Shown here in pieces: positions 17,030 through 26,323 of a DNA stretch of 56,536 bases. The translations under genes were made by a program, and so were the position numbers. Numbering within the stretch: the first letter of the stretch is position 1; each line of letters begins with the position of its first letter. Location: NCBI GenBank assembly GCA_037441965.1, contig JBBIRD010000005.1, positions 1-56,536 on the forward strand, in the 5' to 3' direction. The notes under the pieces were generated by a model. The model had not been told where the DNA came from. It was given only the letters and a program-made list of their open reading frames with translations, and ran no database searches. The stretch comes from Candidatus Moraniibacteriota bacterium. Its GTDB lineage: Bacteria > Patescibacteriota > Minisyncoccia > Moranbacterales > UBA1568.

Positions 17030-17143
17030 TTAGCCTTGGCGTTGTTTATGCTTGGGAGTAATACAAATAACAAAAAGCTTCCCTCGGCGTTTCACGATTT
17101 TACAATGGGCACAAATTTTTTTCACAGAAGCTCTTACTTTCAT
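17030..17143 (-). CDS. rpmJ: 50S ribosomal protein L36 (not in the ORF track)
   Basis: Minus-strand translation [37 protein letters not shown], 37 aa, between infA and rpsM. Confidence 0.93.
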   Translation of the reverse strand: MKVRASVKKICAHCKIVKRRGKLFVICITPKHKQRQG

Positions 17144-17161
17144 AATTTCTTTCAATGTCTT

Positions 17162-17383
17162 TTATTTATTGCGTAAAACAATTCTTCCCTTACTCAAATC
17201 ATACGGACTCATCTCAAGCGTTACTCGATCGCCTGGTAAGAGGCGAATATAATGAACACGCATACGACCCGAGATATGAGCAAGGACTTCATGACCATTA
17301 TCGAGACGAACACGAAATGTCGTGCTTGGTAAAGTTTCAATAACTTCACCCTCGACCTTGATCAACTCCTTATTATTTCCCAT
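17162..17383 (-). CDS. infA: translation initiation factor IF-1
   Basis: [42 protein letters not shown]...; I start at the internal ATG (17381-17383) rather than the track's 17437. Confidence 0.92.
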   Translation of the reverse strand: MGNNKELIKVEGEVIETLPSTTFRVRLDNGHEVLAHISGRMRVHYIRLLPGDRVTLEMSPYDLSKGRIVLRNK

Positions 17384-17500
17384 AGAGTACTCTCTGTATA
17401 TAAGTGTAAAAATCCAAAATGTCTTCTTTATATTCATTACGAAAAAAGAGGACTACTTTCTCTTCTGAATCTCTACAATTTTTTTTCAAAATGTAGTCTT

Positions 17501-17528
17501 ATTGTAGCAGGTATTTGTATCTTGTCAA
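17501..17528 (-). promoter_or_regulatory. sigma70-type promoter of the infA-rplQ operon
   Basis: Minus strand TTGACA (17528-17523), 16 nt, TACAAT (17506-17501). Confidence 0.6.
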
Positions 17529-17591
17529 CACCAGCATCTCAATAAAGAGAAAACTTTCTTTTTTTTATAATGAAAGATCTTTTTTTCGTTC

Positions 17592-18320
17592 CTATTTTCC
17601 AAAACGTCTCCCTCGTGAAATATAATCAGAAATGGCTTCTTGTAAGCATAATTCATCAAAATCTGGGTAATATTTTTCCGAAAAAAAGAATTGAACATTT
17701 GCAATATCCCACATCATAAAACCCGCAGAAAGATGCGGTTCACCGCCGGTACGAATAAGTAGGTCTACTGGTGCTGTTTCTCTCGTCATCAAATGATTTT
17801 TTATTATTTCATCAGTGATTTTCGTACCAGTAGGAAGAGCGTCTATTATTTTCTGAATTGCCTGGCGCATATCATCATCACCGCTATATGCTAAGAAAAA
17901 ATTCAAAAAACGTTTATTGTAATGTTTTGTTGTTTCAAGACACTTGTACATAATTTGTTTCAAAGATGCAGGAAATTGTTCCTCCCACCTACCAATAAAA
18001 CGAATATGCACTTCATCATTATGAATATCCTTGCTGTCTAAAAGTTCTTTGAAATATGTTTCATAAATACGAAGAAGTGCTCGACTTTCAAGCACAGGTC
18101 TTTTGACAAGATTCTCAAGTGATGATCCCCAAAAAGAAATTTCTTTAATACCAAGACGCTTCGCTTCACGAATCAGCTTTTCTGTATTATGCGCTCCAGC
18201 CTCGTGTCCTTCCCACGGATCCAAATGATGTTCCGTTGCCCATCTTCTGTTGCCATCAGGAATAATCACAATATGACGAGGAGCATTTTCTTTATTTTCT
18301 TCTTCCTGATACATTTTCAT
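17592..18320 (-). CDS. uppS: undecaprenyl (cis-prenyl) diphosphate synthase
   Basis: HIVIIPDGNRRWA ... RTGGEPHLSAFMMW-type motifs. Confidence 0.92.
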   Translation of the reverse strand: MKMYQEEENKENAPRHIVIIPDGNRRWATEHHLDPWEGHEAGAHNTEKLIREAKRLGIKEISFWGSSLENLVKRPVLESRALLRIYETYFKELLDSKDIHNDEVHIRFIGRWEEQFPASLKQIMYKCLETTKHYNKRFLNFFLAYSGDDDMRQAIQKIIDALPTGTKITDEIIKNHLMTRETAPVDLLIRTGGEPHLSAGFMMWDIANVQFFFSEKYYPDFDELCLQEAISDYISRGRRFGK

Positions 18321-18353
18321 ACTTTCACAATGAATGCTTAAAAATCTTCAATG

Positions 18354-19430
18354 TTAATATTCTCGTTTTGTCATATAATCCGCTACAGAAAACAAAAAAT
18401 TATATGCTCTTTCATCAATCTTCCCTTTCATATCCATTAATGCTTGTTTACTCTCTTCGATATATGTATGTGCCATTTTTTTTGTACTTTCAAATGCTCC
18501 CGATGTATGTATAATAGTACGAAACTCTTCTATATCTTGTTTTCTTAATTCCGTTCCTAATGAAAGAATATGACGCAAACGTTTCTTTTCATCCTTTGTA
18601 CCATCACGCAATACTCGCGAAACCAACAATGTAATTTTCCCTTCGGCAATATCAGATCCAACAGGCTTTCCTAAACGCTTCTCGTCGCCAAAAATACCAA
18701 GTATATCGTCCTGAATCTGAAATGCAATTCCCAAAGGAATAGAATAATTCGAAAAACCAGACAAAATATCTTCCGATGCTCCTCCGAGTAGTGCTCCTAA
18801 ATGGAGTGGTCCTTCGATGGTGTATTTTGCTGTTTTGTTTCTATACATTGAAAGAATTTCTTCTTCATTTGCATTACTCGAATATTCAATATAGACATCT
18901 CGTATCTGACCAATAACAGTATATGCAACAATAGTCTGCAATTTTAACAATGCTTGAAACTTTTGTTCTAGAGGAAAATGAGAAGAAAAAATAATATCAT
19001 TTCCAAAGGCACCAAACATATCTCCAATGACAAGTGCAATAGAATCTCCAAAATGCTTCGTATCTCTCTTCAAAAAAAGAGTATCTCCGATATCTTTATA
19101 GTGTCTATGAATCGTTTTGATACCGTGACGCATATCGTCTTGATCAATGATATCATCGTGTATAAGAAGACACGAATGAATCATCTCTATACTCATAGAG
19201 GCATCAAGAATAGCCGATTCATCATTCCCTCCAACACCGATATATCCATAATACATAAAAGCTGATCGAAGACGCTTGCCTCCGGCAAGAACGAGAGATT
19301 TAGAATAACGGAGAGCATCCGCAACAAAAATATCCTCTTTCTTAGCTTCTTGTATGGCGCGATCAAAATAAGCTGCGATTTTTGGATCCAGTTTCTTTTT
19401 GAAGGCTTTTAATTCGGTTTCGATATTCAT
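18354..19430 (-). CDS. trans-polyprenyl diphosphate synthase
   Basis: First and second Asp-rich motifs LIHDDIIDQDDMRHG and FQIQDDILG. Confidence 0.88.
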   Translation of the reverse strand: MNIETELKAFKKKLDPKIAAYFDRAIQEAKKEDIFVADALRYSKSLVLAGGKRLRSAFMYYGYIGVGGNDESAILDASMSIEMIHSCLLIHDDIIDQDDMRHGIKTIHRHYKDIGDTLFLKRDTKHFGDSIALVIGDMFGAFGNDIIFSSHFPLEQKFQALLKLQTIVAYTVIGQIRDVYIEYSSNANEEEILSMYRNKTAKYTIEGPLHLGALLGGASEDILSGFSNYSIPLGIAFQIQDDILGIFGDEKRLGKPVGSDIAEGKITLLVSRVLRDGTKDEKKRLRHILSLGTELRKQDIEEFRTIIHTSGAFESTKKMAHTYIEESKQALMDMKGKIDERAYNFLFSVADYMTKREY

Positions 19431-19522
19431 TCAATATCCATTAAAACATAAATGATAGTATATCAAGAAAGAAAATCTAAGACAAGAGAACTCTAAAACA
19501 ATCTTTCTCTTAACATCAACGC

Positions 19523-20239
19523 TTAAAATTGCAAAAATTGTTTGTACTTCATATAAAGTGCATATGTTGCGTTCACATCTCTCATATTATAACGCGCGAT
19601 TTCAATGCTCTTACCTTGAACGAAAAGATCCTTCACATCTTCTCCTCTTATTCCGTCATCTTTCGGGCTTTCGATGCCAAATGCCCGACACCAAAGATGC
19701 AAGCTTCCTTTTCTTCTCAAGGCACCATAGAAAGTCAGTTGATCAAAAAGATCAATATGCTTCACATTTTCAGGTTGATAATGAAGATACTTATTGATGA
19801 GTAGATTTTTCGATGGCTTCATACGATGCACAGCTGAACGAATCATGAGAAATGGTACATCAAAAGATCTTCCATTGAAAGATACAAATGTATCATATCG
19901 TTTTGCCACCTCCCAAAACTTTTCCAACATTTCTTTTTCTGTCATTCGTTCAAATTTATAATCTGCTTCTTCCCTATTCTTCTCATCGTCTTCAGAAAGA
20001 GAATCAAAATAAACTGCACCCTTTTTCCGTTCACCATCATATATACCGATAGCTACAATATGTCCGGTAAGTGGTGAGAGTCCAGTATTTTTTTTGACAT
20101 CTTCCAAAGCAGAATTATACTGCGAGCTTTCTTCTCTTGTATCTTGCCTGATCCATTTTGTAAGCGCGTCCTGACTCAATGGATCAAGTGTATCAAAATC
20201 TTCTCCTACTGTTTCTATATCAAAAATGAGTGTAGCCAT
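19523..20239 (-). CDS. RNase H-fold 3'-5' exonuclease (PolB-exonuclease-like)
   Basis: LIFDIETVG (ExoI), FNGRSFDVPFL (ExoII), YNMRDVNAT (ExoIII). Confidence 0.75.
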   Translation of the reverse strand: MATLIFDIETVGEDFDTLDPLSQDALTKWIRQDTREESSQYNSALEDVKKNTGLSPLTGHIVAIGIYDGERKKGAVYFDSLSEDDEKNREEADYKFERMTEKEMLEKFWEVAKRYDTFVSFNGRSFDVPFLMIRSAVHRMKPSKNLLINKYLHYQPENVKHIDLFDQLTFYGALRRKGSLHLWCRAFGIESPKDDGIRGEDVKDLFVQGKSIEIARYNMRDVNATYALYMKYKQFLQF

Positions 20240-20244
20240 ATCTC

Positions 20245-20574
20245 TTATAATGTCTTACGATTACGGAAAACGAAAAATGATTGCACTAACTTATCAATAT
20301 CTTTTTTCTCAACAATCTCCGCTTCAGTATGTTTCTCAACATATTTTAAAAGATTTTTTCTCCCTTCTTCGCTCTCATACCATTTCTCAAATTCTTTACC
20401 GTATTTTTCGATAATAGTATATTCCTCTTCTCCGGATATTGTTTTCTCATCTGGATAACGATTATGATAGTCAAGTTTTGCAAAATAATCTTGCGCCAAA
20501 TTCTTTGCAAGAAACATTTTTTCTTTCAGAGCGTCATCTTTTTTTAGAACAAATCTTTGTTCTACGATATTCAT
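20245..20574 (-). CDS. hypothetical protein (109 aa)
   Basis: ORF follows the exonuclease gene with a 5-nt gap; no motif recognised. Confidence 0.5.
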   Translation of the reverse strand: MNIVEQRFVLKKDDALKEKMFLAKNLAQDYFAKLDYHNRYPDEKTISGEEEYTIIEKYGKEFEKWYESEEGRKNLLKYVEKHTEAEIVEKKDIDKLVQSFFVFRNRKTL

Positions 20575-20660
20575 AATTATGCTAATACAGATTATAACTC
20601 TATTGTAGCATAAAAAATATTCCTTCTTTATCTGAAAAAGACGAAAAAAATAAAAAATAA

Positions 20661-20909
20661 CTTTCTCCTCGCGCCCTTCTCCTCCCCTAAAAGAGAGAAA
20701 TAAAAAAACATTTCTAAAAAAGAAATGATTTTAATCTGTGTAGCCCTAAGGGGAGTCCTTTTTGCTCCGACAAAAAGCCTGGGCGCTACACACAGAAAGC
20801 TTCATTCATTCGCTTTCTTCTCGCGCCCTTCTCCTCCCCTAAAAGAGAGAAATAAAAAAACATTTCTAAAAAAGAAATGATTTTAATCTGTGTAGCCCTA
20901 AGGGGAGTC
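20661..20909. repeat. two-copy 97-nt direct repeat (20661-20757 and 20813-20909, offset 152 nt, 1 mismatch)
   Basis: 89 nt are identical (20669-20757 = 20821-20909). Each copy contains a CATTTCT-aaaaa-AGAAATG hairpin and the last 17 nt of tRNA-Glu. Confidence 0.9.
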
Positions 20910-20964
20910 GAACCCCTCTTACCAGGATGAGAACCTGATGTCCTAGCCGATAGACGATAGGGCC
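20893..20964 (-). tRNA. tRNA-Glu (anticodon CUC), no encoded CCA
   Basis: Cloverleaf drawn by hand: GGCCCTA/TAGGGCT acceptor (G1-U72), GTCT..GGAC D-arm, TCAGG-TTCTCAT-CCTGG anticodon arm, AGGGG-TTCGACT-CCCCT T-arm. Confidence 0.85.
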
Positions 20965-20984
20965 TTAGAAAAACTATTGTACAC

Positions 20985-22352
20985 TTATTTCCACCATTTT
21001 AGCAACCCTTGTATCTTTTCCATTATTTTTCCCATTGCTTCTTCTGAAGCCATAATCATCGGATTCATAAAAGGCCACGGGGTCATACTTGGATGCGAAA
21101 TGTAATTAAACTTCATCAATGATAAAATACTCAATCTAAGTCCAATAACAAAACTTGCAAGTTCTGCTGATGCTATAACACCCGTACCGAAAGCTTCATA
21201 GCCTACCAAACGCATCTTGGGTCCCGCAAAAATAAGTTTCACTTGTAAATCTTTTGCTCTTATAAGATCTTTATACACATCAGTTGTAGAAGCTGTTCCT
21301 GTTACAACCCATCGAAATTTTTTTCTTGCTTCTGTTTCTGTAAGTCCAACGCCAGCATATTCTCTACCAAGTGTTTGAAAAGCAAACGCTCTCGTGGATC
21401 CATTATAAGCAATAGGAAAACCAGCAATTTGAAAACCAACAATCTTTGCTTGTTGAATAGCACTACTCGCCAGCGCGCTCGGTTCATAATCCCCTGTTAC
21501 TGCAGACAATGGAATAGCACAATCACCACAGGCATAAATATGAGGAATGTTTGTTCTCATTCTTTTATCAACTACGATGCCTCGTTTTGTTGATTCTATA
21601 TCTGTTCCTGCAATAATATCCAAATTCGGTTTTACTCCGACCGCTATAATAACGATGTCTGCAAAAAGACTTTTGTCTTCATTATTGTTTCTTATTACAA
21701 CTTCTTTCTTCCCTACTACATCTTCTTTAATCTCTATAACACTATATCCAAAAAAAGTCGCAACATTGTTCTTATGCAAAAGTCCTACGATTTTTTCCGC
21801 AAATTCTTTATCAGCAATCGCCGAAGAGAGAGATGATTGATATTCTACTAGATTTACATCAAGACCACACTTTTTAAGTGCTCCGGCCATTTCTATTCCG
21901 ATCACTCCTGCGCCAACAACAACAGCACTCTTTGCAGTAGTAATATATTTTTGTATATTCTCTGTATCTTTACTTGTACGCACAGTAAAAATATGTGCGC
22001 CATCAATACCTGGGATTGTTAATTTCACAGGAGAGGATCCTGTAGCAATCACAAGTTCGTCATAGAGAAAAATATTTCCTTTATCCGTATGAACTTCTTG
22101 TGTGTCTGTATTTATTTTCACTGCTTTCTCGTGTATCACTTTCACACCATAATCACTTGCCATACTATCGGGCTGGATCGCATCAGCAAGATGTGCCTCA
22201 TTTGTCAGAATATATGGAGTAGTACAACGACAATAAATATCAGACTCATCTGCCAAAGCAATGGCTTCAAATGCTCCTTTTCGTAATTGGGAAGCAACGA
22301 TACCACTAAACATTCCTGCTCCACCACAACCTATAGAAACTATTTTTTTCAT
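20985..22352 (-). CDS. FAD-dependent pyridine nucleotide-disulfide oxidoreductase (NADH oxidase/CoA-disulfide reductase-like)
   Basis: IVSIGCGGAGMF (FAD), VVVGAGVIGIEMAG (NAD), ACGDCA; single-Cys region YCRCTTPY. Confidence 0.8.
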   Translation of the reverse strand: MKKIVSIGCGGAGMFSGIVASQLRKGAFEAIALADESDIYCRCTTPYILTNEAHLADAIQPDSMASDYGVKVIHEKAVKINTDTQEVHTDKGNIFLYDELVIATGSSPVKLTIPGIDGAHIFTVRTSKDTENIQKYITTAKSAVVVGAGVIGIEMAGALKKCGLDVNLVEYQSSLSSAIADKEFAEKIVGLLHKNNVATFFGYSVIEIKEDVVGKKEVVIRNNNEDKSLFADIVIIAVGVKPNLDIIAGTDIESTKRGIVVDKRMRTNIPHIYACGDCAIPLSAVTGDYEPSALASSAIQQAKIVGFQIAGFPIAYNGSTRAFAFQTLGREYAGVGLTETEARKKFRWVVTGTASTTDVYKDLIRAKDLQVKLIFAGPKMRLVGYEAFGTGVIASAELASFVIGLRLSILSLMKFNYISHPSMTPWPFMNPMIMASEEAMGKIMEKIQGLLKWWK

Positions 22353-22385
22353 TTTTGTTTATATACAAAGAGAAATTAATATAAG

Positions 22386-22456
22386 CAGGGGTGGTAGGAA
22401 TCGAACCCACACAAACGGTTTTGGAGACCGTTGTACTACCATTATACGACACCCCC
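22386..22456 (-). tRNA. tRNA-Trp (anticodon CCA)
   Basis: GGGGGTG/CACCCCT acceptor, ACGGT-CTCCAAA-ACCGT anticodon arm, GTGGG-TTCGATT-CCTAC T-arm, discriminator G. Confidence 0.88.
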
Positions 22457-22563
22457 TTTTTTTTCTGCCTCCCATTTAATATACAATATATTCCCTCATA
22501 AAACAAAACCGCCATCCGCCAACAATGATCGGCGAAGGCGGAAAAGAGAGATTGAGTGAATAC

Positions 22564-22704
22564 CTATTTACTCTCATTGTGAGGTGAATTTTTCTTGCAA
22601 AAACGACAGTACTTCGAGAGTGCAAGCTTTTCTTTCACTTTTTTCTTGTTGCGCTTGGTGTAATGTGTGATACGACCACACAGAGAACACTTCAGTTTAA
22701 CCAT
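22564..22704 (-). CDS. rpmG: 50S ribosomal protein L33 (not in the ORF track)
   Basis: Minus-strand translation MVKLKCSLCGRITHYTKRNKKKVKEKLALSKYCRFCKKNSPHNESK* (46 aa, CxxC...CxxC zinc type). Confidence 0.9.
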   Translation of the reverse strand: MVKLKCSLCGRITHYTKRNKKKVKEKLALSKYCRFCKKNSPHNESK

Positions 22705-22796
22705 AGTATCTTTTATCTGTCCCATATTCCTGTCGATTACTAGATGTTTAATAAAGTTCTTCTACTCTACTAGAAAATATCGTATTCGTCAAACTG

Positions 22797-22869
22797 AGCC
22801 GTTGAGCAGGATTGAACTGCTGACCTCGTCATTACCAATGACGTGCTCTACCAACTGAGCTACAACGGC
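22797..22869 (-). tRNA. tRNA-Thr (anticodon GGU)
   Basis: GCCGTTG/CAACGGC acceptor, GCTC-AGTTGGTA-GAGC D-arm, CGTCA-TTGGTAA-TGACG, AGCAG-TTCAATC-CTGCT. Confidence 0.9.
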
Positions 22870-23047
22870 TTCAATACACAAAACACTTTGTTAGAGTATC
22901 AAGAAATATATGCTCTGGCAAGAGAATAATTCGCTGTATCAATTTTAATCTCACTCCTTTCTAAAACAAAAAGCCTCTTTTCAGAGGTTATCTCATTTGT
23001 ATAAATACACCATCGCAAAACTTTTCGGATTTCTGAGAGCCAAATTG

Positions 23048-23130
23048 TGGGCAGGGAGGGATTCGAACCCCCGAAGGCCGAAGCCGACAGATTTACAGTC
23101 TGTTGTAATAGACCACTCTACCACCTACCC
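23048..23130 (-). tRNA. tRNA-Tyr (anticodon GUA), long variable arm
   Basis: GGGTAGG/CCTGCCC acceptor, ACAGA-CTGTAAA-TCTGT, variable arm CGGCTTCGGCC, T-loop TTCGAAT. Confidence 0.88.
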
Positions 23131-23147
23131 ATTTATACTATCTTTTG

Positions 23148-23220
23148 AGCCACCTGTCAGACTTGAACTGACGACCCACGGTTTACAAAACCGTCGCTCT
23201 ACCAACTGAGCTAAGGTGGC
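23148..23220 (-). tRNA. tRNA-Thr (anticodon UGU)
   Basis: GCCACCT/AGGTGGC acceptor, ACGGT-TTTGTAA-ACCGT, GTCAG-TTCAAGT-CTGAC. Confidence 0.9.
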
Positions 23221-23260
23221 ATTTTTTCATTTTACTTTTTTTCTTAGAAAGAAGCAAGTA

Positions 23261-24040
23261 CTATACTTTTTCTGCAACAATCTTTTCCAAGCGACGAATT
23301 TTAATCTTAACTAATCGAGCAGCTGGATTCAATTTTAACACTTGTTTATAACATTCTTTCGCATCTTTAATATTACCAACCGCCATATAATAATCACCTA
23401 ATTTTTCGTATGAACTAAAATCTTTCGGATTAGAAGCAATACGAGCAATCAGATTTTCTTCATGAATAACATTAGCAACCACTTTTCTATACGACGCTTC
23501 TGGACGTGTCACTTTTTCACTCACCATAGGACGATCATTTTTCTTTTCTTCTTCAAATTCAAACGTACGGTGCGTTCTTCTGCGAATCGCAAACTTCTTT
23601 TCTGTACTCAATGAAGAATCATACGAAGGAATTTCTTTTTCTTGCAATAGTGTCTCTTCGGAAGAGGCAGGAGCATCGTCTTTCGATATTGAAGAAAGAG
23701 GTTCTTCAATATCTTCAACAAATACTTTTGAGGCAGAATCTGCGTTTGTTTTTTGCACTTGTAAATCTTTACTCTTTTCTTTAAAAGATTGTGCAGTATT
23801 GCTCAATACGTTATGCAATTGCAGTGATTTTACCTTAAAACGATATGCTGTTTTTTCCAGAATGTGGAATATAAATTGCTTTATACGGAAAAAAAATATT
23901 CCATTGTGTGTATTCATATCAAGATATGATACTTTTTCTGCAATAAAAGGATCAGAACCTTTCCTTGAAAGATACCAAAGAAGGAAGAAAATACTAACGA
24001 TAATAATAATAGGTGGAACAATAAGATACCACATGGACAT
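23261..24040 (-). CDS. membrane-anchored TPR-repeat protein
   Basis: N-terminal TM (LIVPPIIIIVSIFFLLWYL); C-terminal TPR-like YEKLGDYYMAVGNIKDAKECYKQVLKLNP. Confidence 0.65.
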   Translation of the reverse strand: MSMWYLIVPPIIIIVSIFFLLWYLSRKGSDPFIAEKVSYLDMNTHNGIFFFRIKQFIFHILEKTAYRFKVKSLQLHNVLSNTAQSFKEKSKDLQVQKTNADSASKVFVEDIEEPLSSISKDDAPASSEETLLQEKEIPSYDSSLSTEKKFAIRRRTHRTFEFEEEKKNDRPMVSEKVTRPEASYRKVVANVIHEENLIARIASNPKDFSSYEKLGDYYMAVGNIKDAKECYKQVLKLNPAARLVKIKIRRLEKIVAEKV

Positions 24041-24055
24041 TACACCAGAAAAAAA

Positions 24056-24640
24056 TTACATCTCATATCGAACAAAACCACCGATCTGAATATTCTCACC
24101 AATCTTCTGAATTTTCTCAGTGAGAAGTTCATTTACAGTCTTCGAAGGATCTTTCACAAAAGGTTGCGTCAAAAGAGATTGTTCATTTCTCAATTTTTCT
24201 TCTTTACCAGCGAGAATCTTCTCTACGATCTCTTTTGGCTTTTTTTCTTGAGCTAACTGCTCAATCCAAATTTCTTTCTCTTTCAAAACAGTTTCCATCG
24301 GCACTTCTTCTGGTTTCACATAGCGCGGTGCAGAAGCAGCAATATGAAGTGCAATGTCTCGACCAAATTCACAGAATTCTTCGTTACGAGCAACAAAATC
24401 CGTTTCACAAAACAACTTTACAAGAACACCAATGTGATTATTAGAATGGACATAAGAGACAATAATACCTTCATGTGCATCTCTATCACTTTTCTTTTGT
24501 GCTTTATCTTGACCACGCTTACGAAGAATAATCATCGCCTGTTCTTCATCACCTTTTGCTTCATCAAGAGCTTTCTTAACATCCACAACTCCTGCTCCCG
24601 TTTTCTCTCGTAACATTTTAATTTGTTCCATTGAACTCAT
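24056..24640 (-). CDS. tsf: elongation factor Ts (short form)
   Basis: IKMLREKTGAGVVDVKKALDEA UBA-like N-terminus; LFCETDFVARNEEF. Confidence 0.92.
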   Translation of the reverse strand: MSSMEQIKMLREKTGAGVVDVKKALDEAKGDEEQAMIILRKRGQDKAQKKSDRDAHEGIIVSYVHSNNHIGVLVKLFCETDFVARNEEFCEFGRDIALHIAASAPRYVKPEEVPMETVLKEKEIWIEQLAQEKKPKEIVEKILAGKEEKLRNEQSLLTQPFVKDPSKTVNELLTEKIQKIGENIQIGGFVRYEM

Positions 24641-24711
24641 ATATTTTATCTTAGTCTTTTACAAAAAAGACACGCTTAGAAACATATTATATTGCAAAAA
24701 ATAACTCTTCT

Positions 24712-25536
24712 TTAGGCAACATTGCCAGTCTTTGATCCTGATTTTTTCACAAGAACAATTTTTTCTTTCGTTTCAAGTATTACTTTCCCTAAGTAACCAA
24801 AAAGAAGACGCAAGGACGATAGAGCATCATCGTTTCCTGGAATAGGATAATCAATGAAACTCGGATCAGTATTTGTATCTACAATACCGACAATAGGAAT
24901 ATTCATTTTATGTGCTTCATAAATAACCAGACCAGCATCTTTGACATCAGCAATAACGATTGCGCCAGGTAATTGATGCATATTTTTGATACCACCAACC
25001 TTACGCTCCAATTTTTCCACTTCTTCTGCTTTTTTTGCTTGCTCGAATTTTGTATATTTCTTGAATGCACCTTGAGAGATTTGTTCTTGCGTGTCATTGA
25101 GATATTTCGCGCGTGAATGAATACAAGAAAAATTGGTCAGTGTTCCACCAAGCCAACGATCAATAACATACGACTCACCAAGACGCAAAGCAAGTGACTC
25201 TACGGTATCTTGAGTTTGTTTCTGCATTCCAACAAAAAGAATCGGTTTTCCACTTTTTACAACATCTGCAAGAAATTTCCCTGCAATATGAAGTTTTTCA
25301 TATGTCTTCTCTAAATCAACAATGTTGATATTTTTTCGCGTAGTATAAATATATTGATCCATCTTTGGATGACGACGCGATTTGAGGTGACCAAAATGCA
25401 CTCCTGCCTTCAGGAGTTCTTCAAGATTGACCTGTAATGCATCAAAATTAAATGATGCAAAAAAATGCCCTTTTACTTCTTCAGATGCTTTCGTTACAGG
25501 AGCATCCTTTGCGACCACAGTCGTTTCTTCTGTCAT
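24712..25536 (-). CDS. rpsB: 30S ribosomal protein S2
   Basis: LLKAGVHFGH ... RWLGGTLTNF ... VDTNTDP. Confidence 0.95.
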   Translation of the reverse strand: MTEETTVVAKDAPVTKASEEVKGHFFASFNFDALQVNLEELLKAGVHFGHLKSRRHPKMDQYIYTTRKNINIVDLEKTYEKLHIAGKFLADVVKSGKPILFVGMQKQTQDTVESLALRLGESYVIDRWLGGTLTNFSCIHSRAKYLNDTQEQISQGAFKKYTKFEQAKKAEEVEKLERKVGGIKNMHQLPGAIVIADVKDAGLVIYEAHKMNIPIVGIVDTNTDPSFIDYPIPGNDDALSSLRLLFGYLGKVILETKEKIVLVKKSGSKTGNVA

Positions 25537-25825
25537 AAAATTGTCTTCCTTATAAAATTAATAACCCTCTTTCGATGGGTTTGTCCAACAGAGGACCACC
25601 TATTTATCCTTAAAAAAGCCTTGAAAGCACTGCATCATACAGGCCAGGAACAGACTCATCGGAAAAATATGTTGATTTTATACTCTACTATCTTATTCCG
25701 AGAAACAAGACAAGAGAAAAATACATCGTCTAGAATAACAGAGAAAAACAGATTTGGCAAGAACCCTCTACTTTTATCCTTCCTTTATCCATTCTCTGCT
25801 ATAAAATCATTCGACTTTCGAGGGG

Positions 25826-25854
25826 TTGCCATTTTTTTTCTCTTATGATATACT
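25826..25854 (+). promoter_or_regulatory. sigma70-type promoter upstream of rpmE
   Basis: TTGCCA (25826-25831), 17 nt ending in TGa (extended -10), TATACT (25849-25854). Confidence 0.55.
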
Positions 25855-25889
25855 CCTTCCTACATGAGTCTATATCTAACATTTATTTT

Positions 25890-26165
25890 ATGAAGCAAGG
25901 CATTCACCCAAATTATTTCAAAGAAGCAACAATCACTTGTTCTTGTGGTTCTGTCCTTACAACAGGATCAACCATCGAAACGATGCATACAGAAATCTGT
26001 TCACAATGCCATCCTTTTTATACAGGAAAGAAAAAATTTATTGATGCTACTGGTCGTGTAGATCGCTTCAAAAAACGCGCTCTTAAATCTGAAGAAAAAC
26101 AAGCATCTCGCTTAAAAGAGAAAAAACCACGCGTAAAAAAGGAAGAAAAGAAAAGTGAGAAATAA
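25890..26165 (+). CDS. rpmE: 50S ribosomal protein L31 with a Lys-rich C-terminal tail
   Basis: [20 protein letters not shown]...[11 protein letters not shown]; start moved to 25890 because the track's ATG (25845) lies inside the predicted promoter. Confidence 0.9.
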   Translation: MKQGIHPNYFKEATITCSCGSVLTTGSTIETMHTEICSQCHPFYTGKKKFIDATGRVDRFKKRALKSEEKQASRLKEKKPRVKKEEKKSEK

Positions 26166-26233
26166 CCTGAGTGATCAGTTTTTTTCCGCTTGTGTGAAGA
26201 TACATTGAGTTTCAAGATTTTACAAAAATACTC

Positions 26234-26283
26234 AAATCCCATATCGTTCTGCAATCGGCGGAAAGTAGATGGGATTTTTTTAT
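26234..26283 (+). terminator. hairpin plus T-run after rpmE (terminator or attenuator before prfA)
   Basis: AAATCCCAT-(26 nt)-ATGGGATTT followed by TTTTTTAT. Confidence 0.45.
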
Positions 26284-26323
26284 TAAGAAATAAAAGGCTC
26301 TCATTCAATAATACATCTATTTT

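Noticed and set aside
17384-17437. 18-codon N-terminal extension of infA in the ORF track
   Set aside because: IF-1 homology starts at [14 protein letters not shown], and the extension ([18 protein letters not shown]) is hydrophobic junk within the 5' UTR.
20661-20909. CRISPR array
   Set aside because: There are only two copies, each 97 nt long, with a 55-nt spacer, and they include tRNA sequence. No other short regularly spaced repeats were seen anywhere in the window.
22261-23209. Track ORFs 22261-22479, 22306-22515, 22667-22858 and 22997-23209
   Set aside because: They overlap tRNA-Trp, rpmG, tRNA-Thr, tRNA-Tyr and tRNA-Thr. Their translations contain the tRNA T-arm readings (for example GRDSNPRRP), so they are spurious.
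25537-25640. rpsB 5' leader as an S2-autoregulatory pseudoknot (overlapping CCC/GGG and CTCT/AGAG pairings at about 25570-25605)
   Set aside because: The pairing is short and I cannot show similarity to the described gammaproteobacterial rpsB leader, so I leave it as an unverified note.
25465-25889. 127-aa plus-strand ORF and the 15-codon extension of rpmE
   Set aside because: The ORF runs antisense through the rpsB start and the intergenic region with no RBS. The extension's ATG (25845) lies inside the predicted rpmE promoter.
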